DNA of 64,000 bases from Candidatus Gemmiger faecavium (GCA_019114415.1 DXFO01000022.1:12470-76469); one strand, 5' to 3'. Positions 53,594-62,945 are shown, counted from the first letter of the stretch. Notes: generated by a model not told the origin, from the sequence alone. Program-made: numbers and translations.

Positions 53594-54895
53594 TTACCGG
53601 GAAGAGATCTGGCACTGCACCGTATAGCTGCCTACCGCAAAAATACGGGAGGACGACGGTACCTGGATCGTGACGGGAAGCGTCTGCTGGCCTGCCGAGA
53701 CCTGGAGATTCTGGCAGTCAAGCTGTGCAACCACGCTTTCGGGCAGAAGTTGCTCAATCTCCTCCTTGGGTCCGTAGAGCGTCACATTGCTGACACGCTC
53801 AGACTGTACGGTAATATCATAGTTGCTGGGCATATTGACGACACGGATATTGGGGACATTGATGGTCACGCTTGCCATATCCGAGGTATCAAAGCTGAGT
53901 GTCACGCTGGTGGTATCATCCTGAGCAACAAGACCGCTGGGAAGTTCCACCGGCAGCTGATAGTCGCGGTCAAAGGCGAACTGACGGCCCAGGTCAAAGC
54001 TGATCACACTGAGCTCCGTCAGTGCGCTGACCGTGCGCGTCGGCCCCGCGACCACCATCGTCTCCTGACTGAGAGTATAATCCAGACTGGAGGTATCAAA
54101 ACCGGTAGGCACATTGATAAAGTCGATGGCAAGGGGCAGTTCCCGCACCTGGTAAACCGTCAGCGTGACGTTGGCGCTGTTGGAATCCAGCGAAGCATAC
54201 TGCGGCGAAACCACATTGCCGTTTTCATCGCGCATTTCCAGCGAAGTCGTAACGCTGGTGCTGTCGGACAGTTCGCCGTCCACCGTAACCGGCGCCACCA
54301 CAGAAGTAATGGAGTCGAGTTCGGACTGCGGTCCCGAGATCGTGACTTCCGCCGGGACGGTGCTGCTGCGATACAGCATAAATCCGTCAGCAACGCTCAG
54401 GTCAGAGCTTTCGACCGTAACGGGCAGAGTCTTTTCTCCGATCTTGTCAAACACGACCGTGACCTGGGTGGGCGACACCACCTGCACCTCAATGTTATTG
54501 GTAGAAAACTGGGAATTGGATACACGGGCCTGCAGGCTGAGGGTCTGCTCCCCCGCGCCCGTTACCGTCGAATAGTTGGGATATACGATCAGGTCGCTGG
54601 CCTGCAGCTGACCGATGACGGTGCCGCTGCCTTCCACCTTGACCTGAATGCTGCCCACCTGCTCGGTCTCGACAATATCCAGTCCCAGCGAGGTGTACAG
54701 GTTGGAGTTGTAACTATAGCTGATTTCCGACACGGTAAAGGTCTTGTCTCCCTCCGGGTCGAGCGTCAGCGTGACGATGCTCCAGGAAATGATCGCGCAT
54801 AATAGCGACACAGCCAGAACAAACAGCTTACTGTCCCAAATGGAGTGCTTTTTGGCCGCCTGTTCCGCTTTGGGCGCTTTATTTTTGCTTACCAT
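53594..54895 (-). CDS. cdaR: CdaR/YbbR-domain diadenylate cyclase regulator
   Basis: N-terminal TM, repeated 'P..VT[IV].GP' YbbR units; overlaps the cdaA end. Confidence 0.85.
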   Translation of the reverse strand: MVSKNKAPKAEQAAKKHSIWDSKLFVLAVSLLCAIISWSIVTLTLDPEGDKTFTVSEISYSYNSNLYTSLGLDIVETEQVGSIQVKVEGSGTVIGQLQASDLIVYPNYSTVTGAGEQTLSLQARVSNSQFSTNNIEVQVVSPTQVTVVFDKIGEKTLPVTVESSDLSVADGFMLYRSSTVPAEVTISGPQSELDSITSVVAPVTVDGELSDSTSVTTSLEMRDENGNVVSPQYASLDSNSANVTLTVYQVRELPLAIDFINVPTGFDTSSLDYTLSQETMVVAGPTRTVSALTELSVISFDLGRQFAFDRDYQLPVELPSGLVAQDDTTSVTLSFDTSDMASVTINVPNIRVVNMPSNYDITVQSERVSNVTLYGPKEEIEQLLPESVVAQLDCQNLQVSAGQQTLPVTIQVPSSSRIFAVGSYTVQCQISSR

Positions 54896-55769
54896 GTACG
54901 GCTGTGCCTCCTTTGTCGAAAAGCTGCTGAAGGATGCTCTGTTCCTTGTCGGCGCCTTCCTCCGGCGGGACGATCTCCTCCTGCAGCAGGCTGAACAGAT
55001 TCTGACGGTCCAGACGACGGATCAGGACCCCGTTTTTGGCCAGAGAGATGATGCCGGTTTCCTCACTGACCACCACAACGACCGCGTCGGAGTTCTCGCT
55101 CATGCCAAGGCCCGCACGGTGACGGGTTCCCATGTCCTTGCCCATTTCCAGGTTGTTGGACAGCGGAAGCACGCATCCCGCGGCGACGATCTGGCCGTCC
55201 CGGATCACAACAGCGCCGTCGTGCAGCGGGGTGCCTTCATAAAAGATAGTTCCCAGCACTTCCGGTATCACGTTGGCGTTGAACTGGGTGCCGGTATGTA
55301 TGATCTCTTCCAGATTGTTTTTGCGTTCAAGGACCATCAGCGCGCCGGTACGGGTATCCGAAAGCTGCTCCGCCGCGTCACAGATTGCCACAATGGCACT
55401 TTGCCACTGGCCGCGGAGGGTAGGTTCCATCTTACGGGTAAACAAGAGTTTGCTTGCCCAGTTGGTGCTCTGGCCCAACCGTTCAAGGGTTCGGCGCAGT
55501 TCCGGCTGGAACAGGACCACCGCTGCCACAAAAGCGATCTGCATAACATTGCTGAGGACCCATTTCACGGTGCGCAGGCGGAAGTAGAACGCCATTGCAT
55601 AAAATGCCAGAAACAGCAAAACGCCCTTGACAAGCTGTCCCGCGCGGGATTTGCGCGCAAACAGAATCAGCTCATAAAACGCCACCGCAATGATGATGAC
55701 ATCCAGCAGATCCCGTGTCCAGTCAAATGAACGGAAATTGCTGATGATATTGACCAGCTCATTGTTCAT
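54879..55769 (-). CDS. cdaA: Diadenylate cyclase CdaA
   Basis: Three TM helices, 'FQPELRRTLE', DGA 'PLHDGAVVI', RHR 'GTRHRAGLG'. Confidence 0.96.
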   Translation of the reverse strand: MNNELVNIISNFRSFDWTRDLLDVIIIAVAFYELILFARKSRAGQLVKGVLLFLAFYAMAFYFRLRTVKWVLSNVMQIAFVAAVVLFQPELRRTLERLGQSTNWASKLLFTRKMEPTLRGQWQSAIVAICDAAEQLSDTRTGALMVLERKNNLEEIIHTGTQFNANVIPEVLGTIFYEGTPLHDGAVVIRDGQIVAAGCVLPLSNNLEMGKDMGTRHRAGLGMSENSDAVVVVVSEETGIISLAKNGVLIRRLDRQNLFSLLQEEIVPPEEGADKEQSILQQLFDKGGTAVHGKQK

Positions 55770-55889
55770 CAGCGCGCAGTCCTCCTCTCCCTGCCGTATC
55801 TTACGGCATCCCGGCATGTGTCGGGATTCTTTTCAGTATAGCATACATCGTGCCGTCCGCAAAGCGTTCCGGCCGATTTTCACGGTTCT

Positions 55890-57026
55890 TTACCCAATCA
55901 GCGCAACAGCATGGGCCGCAATGCCTTCTCCTGCTCCGGTAAAGCCCAGTTTTTCCTCTGTGGTCGCCTTGACGCTGACCGCATCCACAGGCATGCCCAG
56001 AGCTGAAGCGATATTTTCCCGCATGGCAGAAATATGCGGCGCAAGCTTGGGTGCCTGACACAAAATCGTCGCATCAATATTGCCGACCGTATACCCCGCC
56101 TTGTGCAGAAGCTCCCCGACTTCATGCAGCAGCATGAGGGAATCGGCGCCTTCATAGCGGGGATCGGTATCCGGGAAATGCTTCCCGATATCCCCCAAAG
56201 CCGCCGCGCCCAGCAAGGCATCAGAGATGGCATGGAGCAAAACATCCGCGTCGGAGTGCCCCAGAAGTCCCTTTGCATACGGGATCTCCACCCCGCCAAG
56301 AATCAGTTTACGCCCCTCGACCAGCCGGTGGACATCGTAGCCATGACCAATACGCATACGGCTTTCCCCTTTCAAATCATCGACGGTTGTGATTTTGATA
56401 TTTTCATAGTCGCCCTGCGTCAGCCGAACCGGAAAGCCTGCAAGTTCAAACAGGCTGCAGTCATCCGTAACGGCAGAGGCACGATCTGCCGTCACCAGTT
56501 CCAGTGCCTGCAGATATTTCTGTCTTGAAAAGCACTGGGGTGTCTGGACCGCAAACAGCCGGGACCGGTCCGGAGTCTGCTGCACCGTGCCGTCAGAGTT
56601 GACCAGTTTGATCGTATCCTTGACCGCCACGGCAGGAGCTGCCGCACCGGTCCGGGCAGCCTCCGCGATGGTCTGCGAGATCACGTCCGCGCTTACAAAG
56701 GGGCGGGCCGCATCATGAATCGCCACCAGTTCCCCTTCCGCTACGCGGAGCCCTGCGCAGACACTGTCCGCACGGGTCTCACCGCCGGCAACTACCTGCG
56801 CAGGCTTTTTGCACCGCAAAGCGATCTCCTCACAGGTCTCTTTGTTTTTGCCGGCAACCAGCACAAGCTGGCCCACATCCGGGTGTGAATCAAAGGCCTG
56901 CACACTGGCTTCCAGAACCGTCCTGCCGTCCGGCAAACGATGACTGAGCTTGTCAAATCCCATTCTGCGTGATGCGCCCGCAGCCACAATGATCGCAGTG
57001 ACATACGGCTTGGCTTGTGGATTCAT
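55890..57026 (-). CDS. ispDF: Bifunctional IspD/IspF (MEP cytidylyltransferase fused to MEcPP synthase)
   Basis: IspD 'AAGASRRMG', 'IHDAARP', 'QTPQ', 'NIKIT' in frame with IspF '[12 protein letters not shown]', 'GHSDADV'. Confidence 0.95.
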   Translation of the reverse strand: MNPQAKPYVTAIIVAAGASRRMGFDKLSHRLPDGRTVLEASVQAFDSHPDVGQLVLVAGKNKETCEEIALRCKKPAQVVAGGETRADSVCAGLRVAEGELVAIHDAARPFVSADVISQTIAEAARTGAAAPAVAVKDTIKLVNSDGTVQQTPDRSRLFAVQTPQCFSRQKYLQALELVTADRASAVTDDCSLFELAGFPVRLTQGDYENIKITTVDDLKGESRMRIGHGYDVHRLVEGRKLILGGVEIPYAKGLLGHSDADVLLHAISDALLGAAALGDIGKHFPDTDPRYEGADSLMLLHEVGELLHKAGYTVGNIDATILCQAPKLAPHISAMRENIASALGMPVDAVSVKATTEEKLGFTGAGEGIAAHAVALIG

Positions 57027-57248
57027 GGAATGCTCCTCCTGTCAGGCACAAAAAATGCAGTGATATAGTCCCATTATACAGGCTTACAGACAAAAAATCC
57101 ACCGTCGCACCCTGCCTAGGAAAATAATTTTTACAAAAGGCAAATCATATCAAAAAACCTCCCGCGCCTTTACAGAAAGGCTGTCGGGAGGCTGCTGATA
57201 CATGATGCGCCGGGAAATGTTCCGGGCCCATCACGCCATATGCAAGCG

Positions 57249-58010
57249 TCAGGCGCGGCGCTTTTTATCCAGACGGATCTTGTCCGAGATCATGGCAATA
57301 AACTCGGAGTTGGTGGGCTTGCCGCGGAGATTGTGTATGGTATATCCGAAATAGCTGTTGAGAGTATCCACGTCGCCCCGGTCCCAGGCCACCTCGATGG
57401 CATGGCGGATGGCGCGCTCCACACGGGATGCCGTGGTCCCGTTGCGTTTGGCGATCTCCGGGTACAGGCGTTTCGTCACTGCATTGATATATTCATGATC
57501 CTCGATGGTCAGAAGAATGGCGTCCCGCAGGAACTGGTATCCTTTGATATGCGCCGGCACACCGATCTGATGCAAAATTTCGGTCACAACAAGTTCGTCG
57601 CTGTCCTGGGAAAAGGTGATGTGCTGTGCAGGCGTTCCCGCCGACTTGAGCACCCGTGCAGTCAGGACACTTTCATCAAAAGGTTTTACAAAGAAGAAGG
57701 AAAAGCCGTTATCGAGAAGTTCCTGTTCCACCGCTTCATTCTGGAAAGCGCCCGTCACAAAGAACGTAGTTTTGGGGCCCTGACGGCCAACCTGCGCTTC
57801 ATAGCGCTGCTTCACCGTGATGGCATCCAGATCCGGCATGAACGCATCCAGAAGCGCCGCCTGCGGGCGGGTCTCCAAAAGAGTTTCCAGCGCCTTGGAG
57901 CCGTTGCGCTCGCAAACCGTCACGGCAACGCCCTTTTCTTCAAGGGCCGCCTTGCACAGTGCCGAGATGTCAGCCCCGGTGTCCGTCATCACAAACTTGA
58001 TTCTCTCCAT
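57249..58010 (-). CDS. spo0A: Sporulation master regulator Spo0A
   Basis: Canonical C-terminus 'GVPAHIKGY', '[18 protein letters not shown]', 'KPTNSEFIA'; downstream of spoIVB. Confidence 0.95.
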   Translation of the reverse strand: MERIKFVMTDTGADISALCKAALEEKGVAVTVCERNGSKALETLLETRPQAALLDAFMPDLDAITVKQRYEAQVGRQGPKTTFFVTGAFQNEAVEQELLDNGFSFFFVKPFDESVLTARVLKSAGTPAQHITFSQDSDELVVTEILHQIGVPAHIKGYQFLRDAILLTIEDHEYINAVTKRLYPEIAKRNGTTASRVERAIRHAIEVAWDRGDVDTLNSYFGYTIHNLRGKPTNSEFIAMISDKIRLDKKRRA

Positions 58011-58259
58011 AACATGCAATCTCCTTTATGTGAATGTCTGCGTCTTCGTGACAATGGAAATTTTACCATATTTTTCCATATCTTGCAAGACAATTTCGCG
58101 AAAAAATCGGTCATTTTCAAATGTTTTGTCCGACTTTTTTCACGTCACAGGCTCACGTATCGTCACAACAGCCCGAAATTCGACTTTGTCCGGGTGCAAA
58201 CGTGCTGTTTCTTATTTTGGAAAATAATTGTCTTTATTTCCCAATCATGCCATTGTGTG

Positions 58260-59495
58260 TCAGTTTGTGGCTGTTCCTGCCGTTTGACAGGCATCCGCCG
58301 CGTTGAGCATCGTTTGTGCAAAAATGGCATATCCCCGGGACGGGTCATTGATGAGGACATGAGTCACTGCCCCCACCAGGCGGCCGTTCTGGAGAATGGG
58401 GCTGCCGCTCATGCCCTGTACGATACCGCCGGTGGCTTCCAGCAGTTCCGGGTCTGTGACTTCGATCATCATATTCCGGTTGGGATCGCTGGCATTAAGA
58501 TTGACACGCTCGATCCGGATATCATAAAGCTTGGCCTGTCCCCCCGCGATGGTGGTAAGGATCTGCGCTTCCCCGACAACGACCTCCTGGCTGTTGGCAA
58601 CCGGGTACCGCGTTCCCTCTACCGAAGCACTCAAAGTTCCGTAAACTCCGGTCTCATCGTTTGCCAGAACTGTCCCCAAAACCGTTTCCCCGGAAAATTC
58701 TCCCCGCAGCTCTCCGGGCGCACCTGCCGTACCGCGCACATATCCGGTGACGTTGACAGGGACGATCTCCCCTGAGAGAAGAGAAATGCTTGTCCCTGTA
58801 TCTGTATCACTGATGGCATGACCCAGACCCGCAAAAGTTCCGCGCTCCGTATCGGCAAACGTCAGGGTTCCGATTCCTGCCGAGGAGTCCCGGACCCACA
58901 CACCAGCCTTGTATACTCCGTTCTGATCCGCCACCGGCGTCAGCATACATCGGCATTGTTCGCCGTCGCGCAGATATACCACTTCCATGGCACTGCCGGC
59001 AGCCTCGGAAATCGCCGCACTGAGCTCGTCATTATTGCGGACGGCATGTCCGCCTGCCGAAACGATCAGATCTCCCAGACGCAGACCGGCTTCCTTGGCG
59101 GGATTCTCACTTCCCAGATTGGTATACAGATCAGAGAACGCCACGACCAGCGCCCCGTTGGAAAACATTTTTATGCCGAAAGGAGTTCCGCAGACAACCA
59201 CTTCCCGACGTTCCACCGAAACCGTGCGCACCGTTTTTACAGGAATCAGATCAAACAACGCCAGTGTGCAGTTGCCGCTGGTATCCTGGCTGACATTGCC
59301 GGCTGCAATTTTATGGGATGTGCTGCTTTTTTCTTTCAGCCAGGGCATAGATGCAATCGTAAGCGACTCGCCTTGCTGTACATAAAAAGTGTCCGGCAGC
59401 GAGCGATTGAGCGCGTAAACGCCAACCCCCGCCGCCACTGCAGCGGCAAGAAACAGTCCCGCCGCCCGCCGGAACAACTTGTGCATTTTTATCAT
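58260..59495 (-). CDS. spoIVB: SpoIVB serine peptidase (S55)
   Basis: PDZ 'GLRLGDLI', 'VRDSSAGIGTLTF', 'LGHAISD', 'GGIVQGMSGSPILQ'. Confidence 0.95.
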   Translation of the reverse strand: MIKMHKLFRRAAGLFLAAAVAAGVGVYALNRSLPDTFYVQQGESLTIASMPWLKEKSSTSHKIAAGNVSQDTSGNCTLALFDLIPVKTVRTVSVERREVVVCGTPFGIKMFSNGALVVAFSDLYTNLGSENPAKEAGLRLGDLIVSAGGHAVRNNDELSAAISEAAGSAMEVVYLRDGEQCRCMLTPVADQNGVYKAGVWVRDSSAGIGTLTFADTERGTFAGLGHAISDTDTGTSISLLSGEIVPVNVTGYVRGTAGAPGELRGEFSGETVLGTVLANDETGVYGTLSASVEGTRYPVANSQEVVVGEAQILTTIAGGQAKLYDIRIERVNLNASDPNRNMMIEVTDPELLEATGGIVQGMSGSPILQNGRLVGAVTHVLINDPSRGYAIFAQTMLNAADACQTAGTATN

Positions 59496-59507
59496 CTCCC
59501 TGCTTTA

Positions 59508-59537
59508 GAGTATGTGCAGCGGCAGGGCGAATTATTG
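59508..59537 (-). promoter_or_regulatory. Putative sigma-F/G promoter of spoIVB
   Basis: CAATA -18 nt- CATACTC, one mismatch in each box to the sigma-G consensus. Confidence 0.5.
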
Positions 59538-59603
59538 TATTTTTTGTTTTTCCTGTTTTTTCGCAGGGCAGTGATATCATAAAACCGCATTCCGCCGGGA
59601 GAA

Positions 59604-59632
59604 TTGACAAACACGGTCCCTGTTGGTAAACT
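59604..59632 (+). promoter_or_regulatory. Sigma-A promoter of tRNA-Leu(TAG)
   Basis: TTGACA -17 nt- TAAACT with TGn extension. Confidence 0.78.
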
Positions 59633-59671
59633 AGGTTTCATGGTCTTGCTTCTGTTTCCACTATAAGATAT

Positions 59672-59754
<83 letters not shown>

Positions 59755-59781
59755 CATTGGAATGGACTTTGCTCCATTCAA

Positions 59782-59808
59782 GAAGCCCAGCCTTTTGGCT
59801 GGGCTTTT
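59782..59808 (+). terminator. tRNA terminator
   Basis: aagcccagcc-tttt-ggctgggc-tttt. Confidence 0.85.
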
Positions 59809-59978
59809 GATATTTACTGCGCGCAATACGCTTGCGATTCTACTCGGTTGTTCGTGTTTGCGCCTGTGTCTCCTTCAGACCATATTCCCCTATATCTTTG
59901 CTTCGGAACAGGCTTTCTTTCCCGGATTATTTGGAGTAAAATATAAAAAACTTAACGTTCCGAGAAAGGTACCGCGTC

Positions 59979-60623
59979 ATGGAATTTCAAATCATAGACC
60001 AACAAGCCTGGCCCCGAAAAGAATACTTTGACCACTACTTTTCGGCTGTTCCCTGCACATACAGCATCAATACCAAGCTGGACATCACCGCCATTTTACA
60101 AAAAGGCATCAAGCTGTACCCTGCCATGCTGTACGCAATCACCACCATCGTAAACCGCCACAGTGAATTCCGAACCACTTTAACACCCGATGGCGAAGTG
60201 GGGGTGTTTTCCGACATGATACCCTGCTACACGGTTTTTCACAAGGACAACGAGACATTTTCAAACCTCTGGACGGAGTATCATCCCCGGTTTGGAGACT
60301 TTTTGCAGGCCTACCGGCAGGACCTGGAACAATATGGCGATATCCATGGAATGGAGCCAAAGCCCGGCACGCCGGCGAATACCTTTCCGGTCTCCATGGT
60401 TCCCTGGGTCACCTTTGACGGGTTCAATCTGAACCTGCAGAACGGTTACAATTATCTGCTCCCGATTTTTACCATGGGGAAATATTATACCGATCAGGAA
60501 CGCTGCCTGCTTCCGCTGGCCATTCAGGCTCACCATGCCGTCTGCGACGGGTTTCATGTCTGCCGTTTTATCAATGAATTGCAGGAGCTGATTTCGAAAG
60601 AAGAAACCTTTGCAGACGCCTGA
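59979..60623 (+). CDS. cat: Type A chloramphenicol O-acetyltransferase (CatP/CatD-like)
   Basis: 'W.RKEYFDHY', 'PCTYS', 'KLYPAMLY', 'NRHSEFRT', 'SMVPW', 'PIFTMGKY', catalytic 'HHAVCDGFH'. Confidence 0.92.
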   Translation: MEFQIIDQQAWPRKEYFDHYFSAVPCTYSINTKLDITAILQKGIKLYPAMLYAITTIVNRHSEFRTTLTPDGEVGVFSDMIPCYTVFHKDNETFSNLWTEYHPRFGDFLQAYRQDLEQYGDIHGMEPKPGTPANTFPVSMVPWVTFDGFNLNLQNGYNYLLPIFTMGKYYTDQERCLLPLAIQAHHAVCDGFHVCRFINELQELISKEETFADA

Positions 60624-60725
60624 ACCGGGCTTTCCCTTTGCCGTTACCTCGCAATCGTTCCTGGCGTGCCGTACCATTTCATGGACATCCTTCCCAGCAA
60701 TGGCACTACTTTTGATACATACTAT

Positions 60726-60776
60726 AAAAACAGAGATCTTCACCGGCAGAATCAGCTGATGAGATCTCTGTTTTTT
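60726..60776 (+). terminator. Terminator between cat and the MarR gene
   Basis: aaaaacagagatct...agatctctgtttttt. Confidence 0.75.
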
Positions 60777-60839
60777 GTCTTGGCCCATCTTTGCATTTTA
60801 TTTTTGACACAACTTCCCGCAAAATTTTTCACACTTTTA

Positions 60840-60886
60840 TACTTGACTTAGTCAAGTAAAGAGCCTATACTTGACTAAGTCAAGAA
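60840..60886 (+). promoter_or_regulatory. Sigma-A promoter overlapped by two 19-bp palindromes (candidate MarR/BilQ operator)
   Basis: TACTTGACT-T-AGTCAAGTA (60840-60858) and TACTTGACT-A-AGTCAAGAA (60868-60886); -35 TTGACT (60843-60848) -17 nt- TATACT (60866-60871). Confidence 0.88.
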
Positions 60887-60904
60887 AAGGAGTTGACTGT
60901 TTTC

Positions 60905-61357
60905 ATGTTTCAAACTCTGGCCTATTACGCCACTGTATTCCATCGCAGTTTTGTCGGCTACACCACAGAGCGGCTTCAAACGCTGGGGTTGAACTTCGGG
61001 TCACTGTTTCCGGTCATTTACGTCGGCAAGCACCCTGGATGCACCCAGGCAGAGCTGACCGCGGCCCTGCATCTGGACTGGGGCTACTCCCAGCGCTGCA
61101 TCACCAAGCTGGTAGAGACCGGGTTTCTTACCCGGGAAAAATCCTCGCGTGCTTATCACCTGAACCTGAGCGAAAAGGGCAAGGAAGCTTTTGCGGCAAG
61201 CCATCAGGTCTTTTTCGATTGGGATGCCGAAATGCTGACGGCTCTGGACGAAACGGAACGGGAACAGCTGTTCTCTCTCTTGACAAAAGTAATCCGGAAA
61301 GAAGCAGAATCCTCATGTATGAAACGATCCAAAGCCCCTTCAACTACGGAGGGCTGA
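60905..61357 (+). CDS. bilQ: MarR-family transcriptional regulator (BilQ-like)
   Basis: wHTH pattern 'HPGCTQAELTAALHLDWGYSQRCITKLVETGFLTR...LNLSEKG'; first gene of a MarR-OYE-flavodoxin triad. Confidence 0.82.
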   Translation: MFQTLAYYATVFHRSFVGYTTERLQTLGLNFGSLFPVIYVGKHPGCTQAELTAALHLDWGYSQRCITKLVETGFLTREKSSRAYHLNLSEKGKEAFAASHQVFFDWDAEMLTALDETEREQLFSLLTKVIRKEAESSCMKRSKAPSTTEG

Positions 61358-62427
61358 CGCTGAAAAATCGCATCCTCTTTGCCCCGACCAGCCTTGGGCT
61401 GTCCCAGGAGGAAACACTGGAACGGCTGCGCAGCATTGCAGCCGGCGGCTGTGCCATGATCATTGTGGGAGACGTCCCCGTCCTGCCCCATGGATTCGGG
61501 CCTTCGCTGTACACCAAAAAAGGGCAGGCCTACTACCGTGCCATGGCAGACGCCGTTCATCCTTACGGCTGCAAACTGTGTGCACAGCTGCACCAGTCCG
61601 ACTCCGATCTGAAAGGCATGATCCGATACATCCCCGGCGTGCTGACCAAACGGATCTCCATGGAAGAGCTTCGTCCTTTGCTCAATCAGCAGGTAGGGCC
61701 TTACATCACCGGTTTGTCTGAGAAAAAGATTCACCAAATCACCGAATCTTTCGGCCAGGCGGCAGAGCTGGCTTTGCAGGCCGGATTTGACATGGTACAG
61801 GTCCACGGCGACCGGATGTGCGGAAGTTTCAGCTCTTCCCTGTTCAACCACCGGACCGACTGCTACGGCGGCAGCCCCGAGAACCGGGCCCGGTTTGCCG
61901 TGGAAGCAGTCTCTGCCATCCGCCGCCGGTTTCCCGAACTGCCCATCGATTACAAACTGGCGATTCGCCAGGAAAACCCGCACTACGGAAACGCCGGTGT
62001 ACTGGAAGAGGAACTCCCGGTTTTTGTTCCGCTTCTGGAAAAAGCCGGGGTCACCAGTTTCCATGTGACACTTGCCAATCACGGTGAGTTGAGCGATACC
62101 ATCCCGCCGAAAAGCCATCCCGAATTTGGCGGCGAAGGCTGCTTTTTGAAATTCTGCGACGAAGTCCGCCAGCTGACCCGCTTACCCGTCTGCGCCGTGG
62201 GCGGTCTGACCGATCCCGATTTCATCGAGCAGCAGCTGGCCTGCGGGCGGGTGGATTGCATTGCCATGAGCCGACAGCTCACCGCCGATCCCCAGTGGCC
62301 CAACAAAGTCTGTTCCGGGCGCGTCCGGGAAATCCATCGCTGTGTCCGCTGCAACAAGGAATGTCTCGGCGGCATGATGGCCCATCGGGGCGTCCACTGC
62401 ATTTATGAAAGGAAGGAAACCAAATGA
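61315..62427 (+). CDS. bilR: Old Yellow Enzyme-family flavin oxidoreductase with HGDR motif: bilirubin reductase, short form
   Basis: 370 aa from ATG 61315; 'LKNRILFAP', 'GFDMVQVHGDR', 'NHRTDCYGGSPENRARF', 'AVGGL', 4Fe-4S motif C-x2-C-x3-C-x11-C at the C-terminus. Confidence 0.85.
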   Translation: MYETIQSPFNYGGLTLKNRILFAPTSLGLSQEETLERLRSIAAGGCAMIIVGDVPVLPHGFGPSLYTKKGQAYYRAMADAVHPYGCKLCAQLHQSDSDLKGMIRYIPGVLTKRISMEELRPLLNQQVGPYITGLSEKKIHQITESFGQAAELALQAGFDMVQVHGDRMCGSFSSSLFNHRTDCYGGSPENRARFAVEAVSAIRRRFPELPIDYKLAIRQENPHYGNAGVLEEELPVFVPLLEKAGVTSFHVTLANHGELSDTIPPKSHPEFGGEGCFLKFCDEVRQLTRLPVCAVGGLTDPDFIEQQLACGRVDCIAMSRQLTADPQWPNKVCSGRVREIHRCVRCNKECLGGMMAHRGVHCIYERKETK

Positions 62428-62906
62428 GTTACTCCATTGTATACAGCAGCCGTACGGGTAACACCGCTCTGCTCGCCCAGACCATCCGCGACACGCTGCC
62501 TGCCAGTGACTGCGTCTATTTCGGTGCGCCGGATGCAAAAGCCCTTGCCGCCGACACCATTTATGCAGGATTTTGGACCGACAAAGGCACCTGTGACGAA
62601 CAGGTCGCCCAGTTTTTGCAGAGCCTGAACGGGCAGAAAGTATTTTTGTTCGGCACGGCAGGCTTTGGCGGCGCTCCCGCCTACTTTGAGCAGATCCTGA
62701 ACCGGGTACGGGAGAACCTGCCGGAAACCACCGAACTGATCGGCAGCTACATGTGCCAGGGCAAAATGCCCGCAGCAGTCCGTGCCCGGTATGAGGCTAT
62801 GGAGGACAATCCCCGCCGGGCAGCCATGATCGAAAACTTTGACCGTGCCTTAAGCCACCCCGATGCGCAGGACCTGGACGCCCTTGCCAATGCCGTGCGC
62901 CGTTAA
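62424..62906 (+). CDS. bilS: Flavodoxin-like protein (BilS-like)
   Basis: FMN loop 'YSSRTGNT', 'GFWTDKG', 'FLFGTAGFGG', 'MCQGKMP', 'SHPD'; ATGA overlap with bilR. Confidence 0.85.
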   Translation: MSYSIVYSSRTGNTALLAQTIRDTLPASDCVYFGAPDAKALAADTIYAGFWTDKGTCDEQVAQFLQSLNGQKVFLFGTAGFGGAPAYFEQILNRVRENLPETTELIGSYMCQGKMPAAVRARYEAMEDNPRRAAMIENFDRALSHPDAQDLDALANAVRR

Positions 62907-62945
62907 GCTACCGGTTTGCACTCGTTCTGTTTTTCACACCCTCTT

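Noticed and set aside
59810-59978. Possible translational-attenuation leader for cat
   Set aside because: No leader peptide with an RBS and no hairpin sequestering the cat RBS was found
60644-60682. 12-aa minus-strand ORF (MKWYGTPGTIAR) with a ggaagga RBS-like site; also the 61-aa ORF 60666-60851
   Set aside because: Too short or motif-free, no convincing promoter, and the longer one spans a terminator
60840-60886. Short direct repeat considered as a mini-CRISPR
   Set aside because: Only two units with a 9-bp spacer, no cas genes, and it coincides with promoter boxes; an operator explains it better
60871-61314. N-terminal 148-aa extension making the oxidoreductase 518 aa
   Set aside because: Overlaps the MarR gene in another frame and starts inside the promoter; OYE homology begins at ATG 61315
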